Source of the DNA: Longimicrobiales bacterium
GTDB lineage: Bacteria > Gemmatimonadota > Gemmatimonadetes > Longimicrobiales > Gaopeijiaceae
Assembly: GCA_965208935.1 (NCBI GenBank)
Contig: CBDBPR010000003.1
Coordinates: 91,877 to 155,876 of the forward strand
Length of the DNA stretch: 64,000 nucleotides
Direction of reading: 5' to 3'
Part shown: piece after piece, positions 8,326 to 17,221 of the stretch
How positions within the stretch are numbered: position 1 is the stretch's first letter
How the letters are laid out: every line of letters begins with the position of its first letter
Notes under the pieces: model-generated
Databases searched by the model: none
Told to the model about the DNA's origin: nothing
What the model saw: the letters and a program-made list of their open reading frames with translations, nothing else
Translations under genes and position numbers: made by a program

Positions 8326-9486
8326 ATGGTACGCACGAAACGAAGTCGGCGCTCGTACGGCGCTGGCGAATGGGGCCGGAACCGGGTCCGGGTGTTCCCG
8401 GACGCCAAGACTGGCCTGTATCAGTTGGAGTGGCGCGAGAACGGGCGCAGGCTCACCCGGTCGCTCAAGCACCGCGACTGGCGGCGCGCGAAGCGGCAGG
8501 CGGACCAGTTCGCCGCAGGGTTCGTCGGCCCGGAGATCTGGGGCGGGGCGGAAGCCAAGCCCGAGCCGCTCACGCTGGGAAGGCTCTTTGACATCTACGG
8601 TGAGGAGGTGACGCCCACCAAGGGCGCGCACACGCGGGGGCACGACCGGGCCGCCATGCGGATGTTCCTCCGGTTCTTCGGACGGAGCCGCGACCCGGCG
8701 ACCTTGTCTCAACGGGACTGGGATCGCTTCATCCGGGAACGGCGAGCGGGCAGGATCGGACCGAGCGGCAGGCCCGTGTCGGACCGCACGGTCGAATACG
8801 ACCTGAAGTTCCTGATCGCGGTGCTGAATTGGGCGGAGAGGTCGAGGGACGAGCAGGGCCGGTTGTTGCTAGACCGGAACCCGCTCAAGGGTCTCAGGAA
8901 GCCCGCTGAGAAGAACCCGACGCGGGTGGTGCTCGCCGAGGAGGAGTATCGGGCGCTGCTGGAGGTGTCGCGCCGGGTGGACTGGCGGTTCCGAATCGCG
9001 CTGGTGCTCGCGCACGAAACCGGGCACCGCATCGGTGCCATACGCCAGCTTCGGTGGCCTGACATCGACTTCGAGGGTCGGACGATCCGCTGGCGGGCCG
9101 AGCACGACAAGTCGGGCTACGAGCACATCACGCCCGTCACCGCCGAGGCGCTCGACGCGCTGAAGGAGGCGCGGAGCCCGATTCCCTTGGCCGGGGATGC
9201 CCCGGTGCTGCCCGCACCCAGGAATTCCTCGGTCTGCATGGGAGCCGCGTTGGCGCAGGGGTGGTGGGACAGGGCCGAACGGCTTGCGGGTCTGGAGCCC
9301 AAGCCCGGCAGGGGCTGGCACTCGCTGCGGCGGAAGTTCGCCAGCGACCTGATGGACCAGCCGCTGAAGGTGCTCTGCGAGCTGGGCGGCTGGAAGACGG
9401 CGAAGACGGTTCTTCAGTGTTATCAGCGCGCGAATGAGGGACAGCTTCGGACGGCTCTGGAAGCCCGTAGAAGACTCCGCGATTAG
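8326..9486 (+). CDS. Tyrosine recombinase / phage-type integrase (copy 1)
   Basis: ATG at 8326 follows GAGAGGA. Box I is LAHETGHRIGAIRQLRW. Box II is GWHSLRRKFASDL ... GGWKTAKTVLQCY (H-x-x-R and the catalytic Tyr). By eye it is roughly 75-80% identical to the CDS at 45445-46605. Confidence 0.9.
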   Translation: MVRTKRSRRSYGAGEWGRNRVRVFPDAKTGLYQLEWRENGRRLTRSLKHRDWRRAKRQADQFAAGFVGPEIWGGAEAKPEPLTLGRLFDIYGEEVTPTKGAHTRGHDRAAMRMFLRFFGRSRDPATLSQRDWDRFIRERRAGRIGPSGRPVSDRTVEYDLKFLIAVLNWAERSRDEQGRLLLDRNPLKGLRKPAEKNPTRVVLAEEEYRALLEVSRRVDWRFRIALVLAHETGHRIGAIRQLRWPDIDFEGRTIRWRAEHDKSGYEHITPVTAEALDALKEARSPIPLAGDAPVLPAPRNSSVCMGAALAQGWWDRAERLAGLEPKPGRGWHSLRRKFASDLMDQPLKVLCELGGWKTAKTVLQCYQRANEGQLRTALEARRRLRD

Positions 9487-9495
9487 ATCCGCAAT

Positions 9496-9546
9496 CGGCG
9501 GGAGTCAAACGGCTGGAATCCGACCGGCCAATCCCGTAAGTTCAAC
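9496..9546 (+). other. Conserved segment immediately downstream of integrase 1 (paralogous to 46618-46666)
   Basis: GCGGGAGTCAAAC-N19-CCAATCCCGTAAGTTCAA compares with GCGGGAGTCAAAC-N18-CCAATCCCGTAAGCTCAA after integrase 2. CGGGA/TCCCG can pair. Homology ends right after this segment. Confidence 0.5.
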
Positions 9547-9726
9547 CTCCATGAGCAGATGCGAATCCACGACCGACTGCCGGGCCGGCAAGGCGCGACG
9601 AAGGGCCAGTAGCAGCGCTACGGGCCCGAGGAGCAACGCAGAGCGAAGCGGTCCGGCCCGGATGCATCGCCGCTCGAATGCCGGGGGGATTTTGTCCACG
9701 GGCTGCCAGGGGGACGCGCAGCAGGG

Positions 9727-10245
9727 TCAGTCCAGGCCCGCCACGGCGCTCCGCCGCTCCATCATCACGACGTCCCGCCAGCGCCCGTCGTGGAACCGGC
9801 CCAGGCGGTCGTGAGTCCCCAGGATGCGGAAGCCGACCCGCTCGAAGATGTGGATCGAGGCCCGGTTTTCGGGGAAGATCCCCGCCTTCAGGGTCCAGAT
9901 GCCCTGGGCCTCGGCATCGTGGACGAGCCGTTCAAGCAGCTGGCCGCCCACACCCTGTCCGCGCGCCGACGCGGCGATGTAGATCATGACTTCCTGCACA
10001 CCTGCGTAGACGGGGCGCCCGGACACGGGGCTGAGGGCAGCGAACCCGACCGTCTCTCCATCCACGGCCGCGATGATGCGGCAGGCGGAATGTCGTGCGG
10101 AGTCCCAACTCTCCCAGTCCGGCACTTCGGTCTCGAATGTCGCGTTGCCCGACTCGATGCCCTGCCGGTAGATCTCCGCCACGGCGGGCCAATCGCCCGG
10201 GACCATGGGGCGGAATGTGACCTTCGGGGAGCGCGGCGTCATCAC
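9727..10245 (-). CDS. GNAT N-acetyltransferase, phosphinothricin acetyltransferase-like
   Basis: FRPMVPGDWPAVAEIYRQGIESGNATFE ... ARGQGVGGQLLERLV ... ENRASIHIFERVGFR has the typical PAT/GNAT A-motif layout. Confidence 0.8.
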   Translation of the reverse strand: MMTPRSPKVTFRPMVPGDWPAVAEIYRQGIESGNATFETEVPDWESWDSARHSACRIIAAVDGETVGFAALSPVSGRPVYAGVQEVMIYIAASARGQGVGGQLLERLVHDAEAQGIWTLKAGIFPENRASIHIFERVGFRILGTHDRLGRFHDGRWRDVVMMERRSAVAGLD

Positions 10246-10265
10246 GATGGCGTCTCCTGGGGCTT

Positions 10266-11987
10266 CTACCGCTTCACGACCTCGCCGGGTGCCTCGCCGG
10301 TCATCTCGCCATCGCGCAATACGGGGACGCCGTTGACGAGCACGTGCACCATCCCCTCGGCGAAGCGTTGGGGATTGTCCCAGTCCGAACGGTCGATGAT
10401 CGTGGCGGGGTCGAAGATCGCGATGTCCGCGCGCATTCCCGCGGCCAGTCGGCCACGGTCATCGATACCGTGAAAGCTCGCAGGGAGCGATGTGATCTTG
10501 CGCACGGCCTCTTCCAGCGACAGGACCCCTTCGTCACGAGCGTAGTGGCCGATCAGGCGTGGAAAGGTGCCCGCGCTGCGGGGGTGGCCGGCCTGCGCGT
10601 CGGAGCCGTCGGCAAAGCCCCCATCGCTCGCGATCATGTTCCACGGCTGGACCATGAGGCGGCGCACGTCGTGTTCCTTGATCGCGCCCAGGGTCAGGTT
10701 GACGGGCCGGGTGGCGCCGATGATCAGGTCCGCGACCGCGTCGAAGGGGTCCTGGCCCCGCTGCTCTGCGATCTCCGACAGGTAGAGTCCCACGAGTTCG
10801 GGATAGTCCGCCGAGCTCGTAATCCTCATGCTGGTGTACCCGGTTGCATTCAGCCACGCGAAGCCCCCGTTCACCCCGTTCTCGCTGGCGTCCTTGAGGA
10901 GGGCGCGGGACGCCGGATCCGCCAGTGCCGCCCTGAGTTGCGTCATCGCTTCGTCCGTGCGGCCCTGCCGCTGCATCTGCCGAAAGGCGTCCAGGCCCTC
11001 GAGGCCGGGCGGCGCCACCACGATGCCGGTCAGGCTGGCCGTCGCCGCCCCGTCGTACGGGTACTGGTCGGATACGATCACGACGCCGCGTTCGCGTGCG
11101 GTCTCCACCAGCTCCACGATATCGGCAATCACGCCCTCGTTGTGCAGGCCCACCGCCTTGAGGTGACCGATCTTGCCCGGCAGCCCCGCCGTTTCCGCGA
11201 TCTCGACCACCTCGCGGTCCGAGCCGACGAAATCGTGCACCGGGTTGCGGACGTGCGAGTCGTACACGCCGCCGTACTCCGCGGCTTCCATGGCGAGCGC
11301 GATCACCTCGGCCGTCCCGGCGAACATCCCGGGTTCGTACATCAGACCGGTCGAGAGCCCGAAGGCGCCGAGTTCCATGCCTTCGCGCACAAGGGCCCGC
11401 ATCGTCTCCAGCTCGTCGTCCGTCGGCGCCCGCCGCTGGTCGTCGCCCAGGACCTCGTTGCGGATGCCGTTGTGCCCGATGTAGAAGGCCACGTTGGTGC
11501 CGATGCCCTGTGCCGCGTACAGCTCGGTGAAACGGCGGATGTGCGCCGGGGCGAACTGTCCGTCCGGTCCGCCGAAGACGGTCGTCACGCCCTGGCGGAT
11601 GAAGCCCTCGTTGAGGTGGTTGCCAGGCAGCACGATCGCCGGCGGCGTGTGATTGTGGACATCGATGAAGCCGGGAGCCACCACCAGGCCGGTGGCGTCT
11701 ATCGTGTCGGTGGCCTGCGCGCCGCCGCCATCGGCCGCGGCGCCACCTGCGGTGACGATGCCGTGCCCCGCGATCACGACGGTAGCGACACGGGGCGGGT
11801 CTCCCGAGCCGTCCACGATCGTGCCGCCGAGGACGATGAGATCGGCCGTTTCCCCACCGCGCACGCATGCGGCGAACAGGAGCGCGGCGAGCAACGGCTT
11901 TGCCGCGCCTGGCCGGCGCCGGGGCCCGGTGTGCGAATCGACGCCACGCCTGACGATGGATCGGCGCGTCATGGCGGCCTCCTGCAT
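10266..11987 (-). CDS. N-acyl-D-amino-acid deacylase (D-aminoacylase), amidohydrolase superfamily, secreted
   Basis: LIVLGGTIVDGSGDPP...PGFIDVHNH metal motif, YVSHVRN-like YDSHVRN, and a C-terminal ADIAIFDP...VLVNGVPV. Start is ATG 11987 or 11972, followed by a signal-like LLAALLFAAC. The upstream 50 aa of the track ORF were not used. Confidence 0.85.
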   Translation of the reverse strand: MQEAAMTRRSIVRRGVDSHTGPRRRPGAAKPLLAALLFAACVRGGETADLIVLGGTIVDGSGDPPRVATVVIAGHGIVTAGGAAADGGGAQATDTIDATGLVVAPGFIDVHNHTPPAIVLPGNHLNEGFIRQGVTTVFGGPDGQFAPAHIRRFTELYAAQGIGTNVAFYIGHNGIRNEVLGDDQRRAPTDDELETMRALVREGMELGAFGLSTGLMYEPGMFAGTAEVIALAMEAAEYGGVYDSHVRNPVHDFVGSDREVVEIAETAGLPGKIGHLKAVGLHNEGVIADIVELVETARERGVVIVSDQYPYDGAATASLTGIVVAPPGLEGLDAFRQMQRQGRTDEAMTQLRAALADPASRALLKDASENGVNGGFAWLNATGYTSMRITSSADYPELVGLYLSEIAEQRGQDPFDAVADLIIGATRPVNLTLGAIKEHDVRRLMVQPWNMIASDGGFADGSDAQAGHPRSAGTFPRLIGHYARDEGVLSLEEAVRKITSLPASFHGIDDRGRLAAGMRADIAIFDPATIIDRSDWDNPQRFAEGMVHVLVNGVPVLRDGEMTGEAPGEVVKR

Positions 11988-12042
11988 TGTCGTGTAGCTG
12001 TACCGGTGCGAATCCGGCACTCCCGCGCGGGATGTCGGGACG

Positions 12043-12804
12043 TCAGCCGCCCGTGACGGAATGGACCGCGAACGGCACCCCTTGCGCGTCCAGGCACTGT
12101 GCGATGAAGTCGCCACCCGGCACCTGCATCGGACCATGGAGAACCTGTCCGCCCATTTCCTTCACTGCCTCGGCCGCTGCGTGCGCGTCGGGGACGCGGA
12201 CATACAACAGCCAGCCCGGCGGCATCCCATCCGGCGCATTGTAGATGCCGCCGAGAGGATGCGCGCCCCGACTGAACATCTGGTAGAAGCCGTTCGGCCC
12301 CATGTCCATGCGGTTGGCGGCCTCGAGGGCGAACACTTCCGAGTAGAAGGCCCAGGCGGCGTCCATGTCGGTGGTCGCCAGATCACGCCAGGAGAACTCG
12401 CCGACGCCCGCGGGGCCATCGTGACCTGCCGCATCGCCTTCGGGCTCAAGGACGGCGAAAACGCCGCCCTGCGGATCCTGCAGTATTGCAAAGCGACCGA
12501 CTTCCGGGACCGCCATCTCCTCCATCACGGTCCCACCCAGGCGCCGGACCCTTCCCAGCGTTTCGTCCAGGTCGGGCGTCGAAAGGTAGGAAAGCCAGCA
12601 GGGAGGCACCTCCGGCGCCGGCAACGCCATGAGGCCGCCCACCGGCATTTCGCCGTTCATCCACATCTCGTAGGGGTCGTCACCGCTGTCCCAGATGCTG
12701 GTTCCCCAGCCCACCAGGCGCGTGTAGAAATCGCGCGCCGCATCCGGATCCGACGTCATCAGTTCATGCCAGGTAAAACGTCCCAGAGGTTTGTCGGACA
12801 TCAT
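12043..12804 (-). CDS. VOC (glyoxalase/bleomycin-resistance) family protein, two-domain
   Basis: AAGGAGAACG precedes ATGATG at 12804/12801. FTWHELMTSDPDAARDFYTRLVGW and FSWRDLATTDMDAAWAFYSEVF are repeated VOC N-motifs. Confidence 0.8.
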   Translation of the reverse strand: MMSDKPLGRFTWHELMTSDPDAARDFYTRLVGWGTSIWDSGDDPYEMWMNGEMPVGGLMALPAPEVPPCWLSYLSTPDLDETLGRVRRLGGTVMEEMAVPEVGRFAILQDPQGGVFAVLEPEGDAAGHDGPAGVGEFSWRDLATTDMDAAWAFYSEVFALEAANRMDMGPNGFYQMFSRGAHPLGGIYNAPDGMPPGWLLYVRVPDAHAAAEAVKEMGGQVLHGPMQVPGGDFIAQCLDAQGVPFAVHSVTGG

Positions 12805-12852
12805 CGTTCTCCTTGGTATCTCCACCACCCATCCAATCACGAACCTCGAATT

Positions 12853-14232
12853 CTAAACCCGCGCACCTGATCGGCCAATCGAAGCTGGCGGCGGCCCCCA
12901 TCGCACCCACACCGTCGGAGGCGTGCGGAACTCGTGCCCGTAGGGCCTTGATGGCCGCTCCGAGTCCAGCCGCAGGCCGGGCAGGCCCCCGAAGACCCCA
13001 CCCAATGCCTGCTCCGCCTCGATCCGCGCCAGCGACGCGCCGAGACAAAAGTGGCGGCCCGCCCCGAAGGCGAGGTGGTCCCGCGCATTTGGACGCCCCG
13101 GATCGAAACGGTCGGGGTCGGGGAAGTGCGCCGGATCGCGGTTGGCGGCGCCCAGCAGACAGTGCACCGTCTCGCCCCGCGCGATGGGCACGCCCCGGAT
13201 TTCGACGTCTTCGGTGGCAAAGCGCATGCAGGACTGCACCGCGGGTTCCCACCGCATCGACTCCTCGATGACCCCGGCCAGCAGCGGTCCGCCAGCGCGG
13301 TGCCCCGGGCCGGCGCGCTCCAGGCCGGAACGGGTCAGGCCGGCACGCGCCACCCCGGGACTCCCGTCGCGGGAGCAATCCGCCGCCAACCGCTCCGCCA
13401 CCTCGGGATGCGAAAGCACCGCCCAGAAGGCGTTGCCGATCATCGACTCCGTGGTCTCGATGCCGCCGAACAGGACGAGCAGCAGGTTGGCCACCATCTC
13501 CGACTCCGAGAGCGGGTCGCCCCAGCCGCGCTGGGCGCCGCGACCGGGCCGGTACGGATCCCGTTCGCTCAGCAACGCTGCGATCATGGAGCCCCGCGGC
13601 ACCGCACGGTCTCCCCGCAGGAACGGCGTCACGTAGTCGCGGAACTCGCGCGCCGCGCTCTTCCCCGCGGCCCTCACCGCAGGCTCGCCCGCAAAGTTCT
13701 CGAGTGCGGCGGCGAAGTGATCGTACCAGTGCAGCAGCCGAGGGCCATCCTCATCAGGCAACCCCAGCACGCGGCAGATGCTCCGCACCGACAGCGGACG
13801 CGCCACGCGGGACCGCAGGTCGGCACGCCCGCCCCTCGCGCCCGTTTCCCCCGACCCCATCTCCAGATCCTCCATTAACTCGTCCAGCACGCCCTGAACC
13901 GTGCCCAGCAGGTTCTCCTCCAGCTTCCCCCGCCTGAACGGCCCGATGAAGCGCCGCTTGTAGCGGATCTGTTCCTCGCCGTCCGTCGTCAACATGTGCG
14001 ATCCGAAAATGTCGCGGATCGTCGACGCCGGAGAGTCGGTCGTGAAGCGTTCCCAGTCGGCAAGCACCCGCACAATGTCGTCCCGCCGCGTGAGCAGCCA
14101 CATCCCGAGCGCGGGCGCCCAGGTCACGGGCTCGGTGCGCCGCAGTTCGTGGAAGATGGGATAGGGGTCGTCGGCAAGCGCCTCCATGGTCACCTGACGC
14201 CCCATGGGGAACCGTGCCGACCGGTCGCTCAT
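12853..14232 (-). CDS. Cytochrome P450
   Basis: Heme-binding loop FGAGRHFCLGASLAR, ExxR (EESMR), and I-helix-like LFGGIETTE. A ~30-aa Gly/Arg-rich insertion lies before ExxR (nt 13282-13377). Confidence 0.85.
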   Translation of the reverse strand: MSDRSARFPMGRQVTMEALADDPYPIFHELRRTEPVTWAPALGMWLLTRRDDIVRVLADWERFTTDSPASTIRDIFGSHMLTTDGEEQIRYKRRFIGPFRRGKLEENLLGTVQGVLDELMEDLEMGSGETGARGGRADLRSRVARPLSVRSICRVLGLPDEDGPRLLHWYDHFAAALENFAGEPAVRAAGKSAAREFRDYVTPFLRGDRAVPRGSMIAALLSERDPYRPGRGAQRGWGDPLSESEMVANLLLVLFGGIETTESMIGNAFWAVLSHPEVAERLAADCSRDGSPGVARAGLTRSGLERAGPGHRAGGPLLAGVIEESMRWEPAVQSCMRFATEDVEIRGVPIARGETVHCLLGAANRDPAHFPDPDRFDPGRPNARDHLAFGAGRHFCLGASLARIEAEQALGGVFGGLPGLRLDSERPSRPYGHEFRTPPTVWVRWGPPPASIGRSGARV

Positions 14233-14265
14233 CCGCTCCCCGGGCGCGTCTTGTCCACGGGCCTG

Positions 14266-15426
14266 TTAGTTGGCGGACAAACTGCGCAGCAGGCTTCCCG
14301 CGGCCTCGCCCAGGCTGGTGCGGCCCCGGTTGTAGTTCCGCAACAACACCGCGGTCAGTCCCGTCGCGGGCTCGAAGAGCAGGTATGCCGTGTAGCCCGC
14401 GACCGAGCCGCCGTGACCGGCAAGGATCCGGCCGTCCACGGTGTTGATCGAAAAGCCGAAGCCGTAGCCCGAGTCGGGGCTCTCGGGCGTCTGTATCGAC
14501 AGCACCTCTGCGCGCATCGCGTCGCCGAACAGAGGAGGACGGCCCCGTCCCATCACGCCCGCGGCAAAGGCGGCGAGGTCGTCGACGGTCGAATACACAC
14601 CTCCGTTGGGGACCTTGTAGCCTCGCCCGCCGTGCTCGCGCGCGGGCCGCTCGGTATCCACTTCGCCGTCCGGGCCATTGGCGTGCCCGACGGATAGTGA
14701 CGGCTGCAGGCGGTCGTCGATGACGAAGGCGCTGCTGGTCATCCCGAGCGGCTCGAAGATGCGCGCCTCGACCTGGTCCATGAACGGCACCCCTGCCGCG
14801 CGCTCCAGACCGAAGCCCAGAATCCCGAAGCCGATGTTGGAATACGAATACTCCGTGCCCGGGTCTGTCTGGTACCGCGTAGTGGGAATCGACTCGAGGA
14901 TTTTCCCGGTCCAGTTCTCGATGGGTCCGGCGGCCGCGTCGGGCAACTCCGGCTCGCGCGCCAGGCCCGCGGTGTGGCTCGCCACCTGCCGCAGCGTCGG
15001 GTTGGCGTCGGGAGGCCGGTCCGTCAGCTGGCTGATTTCGGGTACCAGATCCTGCAGGGGGGTCTCCAGGGCAACCGTCCCGTCCTCGGCCAGAATCGCC
15101 ATGAGAACCGCCGTGACCGACTTGGAAATCGAGCCCGTCCGGTAGATGGTTCCCCGGTCGGCCCGGACCTGGGCGACCGGGTCGGCCCACCCGTAGGCTC
15201 CCCACCACAGGACCTCGCCATCCCGGGCCAGCGCCGCCGCAATGCTCCCGACGCCGTCGTGCTCGACATCGGCAGCGAGCGTCTCGCCGAAGCGGTCGAG
15301 CGTCTGCTGCCATTCATCGGGGAGCTGCCCGGTCTCCGGGGCCGCACAACCCGACGCGACCGCGACGGCAACGAATACGGCAAGCCACCACAACGGTCTC
15401 TTCCACTGCAATTGTTTCGTCGACAA
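14266..15426 (-). CDS. Serine hydrolase, beta-lactamase (class C-like) family lipoprotein
   Basis: SxxK motif in YRTGSISKSVTA. A TTG at 15426 is preceded by GAGGAAG and gives MSTKQLQWKRPLWWLAVFVAVAVASGC, a lipoprotein signal. The track ORF start at 15543 is probably too long. Confidence 0.8.
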   Translation of the reverse strand: MSTKQLQWKRPLWWLAVFVAVAVASGCAAPETGQLPDEWQQTLDRFGETLAADVEHDGVGSIAAALARDGEVLWWGAYGWADPVAQVRADRGTIYRTGSISKSVTAVLMAILAEDGTVALETPLQDLVPEISQLTDRPPDANPTLRQVASHTAGLAREPELPDAAAGPIENWTGKILESIPTTRYQTDPGTEYSYSNIGFGILGFGLERAAGVPFMDQVEARIFEPLGMTSSAFVIDDRLQPSLSVGHANGPDGEVDTERPAREHGGRGYKVPNGGVYSTVDDLAAFAAGVMGRGRPPLFGDAMRAEVLSIQTPESPDSGYGFGFSINTVDGRILAGHGGSVAGYTAYLLFEPATGLTAVLLRNYNRGRTSLGEAAGSLLRSLSAN

Positions 15427-15601
15427 GATTCTTCCTCGTGTGTGTTGTGCTGCTCCGGAGCGGCCAACGCCATCCGCCCTCGACGCCCGCGTTCCGTTTC
15501 CGTCCCAAGCTGCCATTGATCCGCCTGGCGTGCAATTGCGCACCCGCGCCGATCCGCAGAGTGTTCAAAGGCGACGCACAACACAACAAGCGAGTACCAG
15601 G

Positions 15602-16114
15602 ATGCGGCGACTGTTGCTGGCCAGACACGCGAAGTCCAGTTGGGGCGATGTCACGCTGTCCGACCACGACCGGCCTCTGAGCTCCCGCGGACGCAAGGCC
15701 GCACCGCGGGTTGCCAAGGCGCTCAGCCAGGCGGGGTTCGTGCCGGACCTCGCCTATTCGAGCACGTCCGTCCGCACGCGCGAAACCTGGGCGCTGATGG
15801 AGCCGGCATTCCCCGAACCGCCCGCTGTCGAGTTCCTGCGCGAGCTGTACGGCGCTTCGCCGCGAGGGGTGCTCGACGTCATTGCAGCCGCGCCGGATAA
15901 CGTCACGACGCTGCTGGTCCTGGGGCATAACCCGTCCACCCACGCGCTCGCCGCCTACCTCTCGGAGAGGGGTCACCCGGAACGGATCGACCGGCTCCGG
16001 TACAAGTTCCCGACCGGCGCGGTCGCCGTGATCGAACTGGCCGCCGCGCGTTGGACCGACGCCGGGGAGGGGGGGGAGCTGCTCGACTTCCTCCTGCCGA
16101 GGCTCCTGAAGTAA
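15602..16114 (+). CDS. Histidine phosphatase family protein (SixA-like)
   Basis: MRRLLLARHAKSSW (RHA catalytic motif) and LVLGHNPSTH. About 170 aa. Confidence 0.75.
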   Translation: MRRLLLARHAKSSWGDVTLSDHDRPLSSRGRKAAPRVAKALSQAGFVPDLAYSSTSVRTRETWALMEPAFPEPPAVEFLRELYGASPRGVLDVIAAAPDNVTTLLVLGHNPSTHALAAYLSERGHPERIDRLRYKFPTGAVAVIELAAARWTDAGEGGELLDFLLPRLLK

Positions 16115-16272
16115 CGCGGTCTCCCGGCGCCTCGTTCGCGATCGATTCGGTCCATCTTGCCGAGCGCCCCATTCGCCCGTAGTGACCGACCTCGTTAGGT
16201 TGCGGCTCGGGACGACCAGTCCGCGGGGTGTCAGCGTCCCCGGACGCGATGATCGATCCAGGGGAGCCGCAC

Positions 16273-17199
16273 ATGTCATCGGCGAATACGAAGGGAAGTG
16301 CCGAAGCCATGGACAGCCTGCCGACGCCCGGGATGCCCGAGGCCGCCGAGACGCCCGAAACCATCGAGCGCGTCTTCCGCGAAGGGGTCTATCCGTACAA
16401 GGACAAGATGCCGCGCCGCGCGTACAATCGGGAAAAATCCCTGCTGCAGGTCGAACTCCTCAAGGTGCAGCGCTGGGTCCGCAGTTCAGGAGTCAAGATC
16501 GTCATTCTCTTCGAGGGGCGTGACGCAGCCGGAAAGGGCGGGACGATCAAGCGCTTCATGGAGCACCTGAATCCCCGCGGCGCGCACGTGGTCGCACTGG
16601 ACAAGCCCAGCGACGTCGAGCGTGGCCAGTGGTACTTCCAACGCTATGTAAACCACCTGCCCACCGCCGGCGAAATGGTCCTGTTCGACCGTTCGTGGTA
16701 CAACCGGGCCGGCGTGGAACGGGTCATGGGCTTTTGCACCGGCCAGGAATACCTCGAATTCCTGCGCCAGTGCCCCGAAGTGGAGCGGATGCTGGTCAAC
16801 AGCGGGATTCGGCTGTTCAAGTTCTGGTTCTCGGTGTCGCAGGAGCAACAGGCGCACCGGTTCGACCGCAGGAAGACCGACCCGCTCAAGCAGTGGAAGA
16901 TCTCGCCGATCGACCTGGCTTCGCTGGACAAATGGGACGAATACACTCATGCGAAGGAGGCGATGTTCTTCTACACCGACACCGCGGACGCGCCGTGGAC
17001 GGTCATCAAGTCGGACGACAAGAAGCGGGCGCGCATCGCCGCGATGCAACACTTTCTTTTCCGGCTGCCGTACCCGGACAAGGACCATTCGGTGGTGACC
17101 GGTCCGGACCCTCTCATCGCCGGGCCGGCGACCCGGGTGGTCAGCCGCGACGAGCCCATGGCCGGTGCGCCGGACTCGCGTTCCGGGCTGGTTCGCTGA
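16273..17199 (+). CDS. ppk2: Polyphosphate kinase 2
   Basis: LFEGRDAAGKGGTIKR Walker A, YFQRY, DRSWYNRAGVERVMGF, KISPIDL. ATG at 16273 follows GGGGAG. Confidence 0.9.
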   Translation: MSSANTKGSAEAMDSLPTPGMPEAAETPETIERVFREGVYPYKDKMPRRAYNREKSLLQVELLKVQRWVRSSGVKIVILFEGRDAAGKGGTIKRFMEHLNPRGAHVVALDKPSDVERGQWYFQRYVNHLPTAGEMVLFDRSWYNRAGVERVMGFCTGQEYLEFLRQCPEVERMLVNSGIRLFKFWFSVSQEQQAHRFDRRKTDPLKQWKISPIDLASLDKWDEYTHAKEAMFFYTDTADAPWTVIKSDDKKRARIAAMQHFLFRLPYPDKDHSVVTGPDPLIAGPATRVVSRDEPMAGAPDSRSGLVR

Positions 17200-17221
17200 C
17201 ACCGCCATCCTGCCGGCAACC

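Larger units (their letters stand above)
6891..9546 (+). mobile_element. Module A: R-repeat / small OMP gene / inverted R-repeat / tyrosine integrase / conserved 3' segment (candidate integrative or invertible cassette)
   Basis: The same ordered layout recurs at 42571-46666 with nucleotide-level homology in the repeats, the integrase, its 45-nt leader and ~50 nt after the stop. No flanking direct repeats were found. Confidence 0.4.

Noticed and set aside
9496-9546. The post-integrase segment as a tRNA 3' half (a classical att site).
   Set aside because: Neither strand has a GTTCGAATC-type T-loop, an acceptor stem or a CCA-proximal sequence. I found no tRNA-like cloverleaf in any intergenic region of the window.
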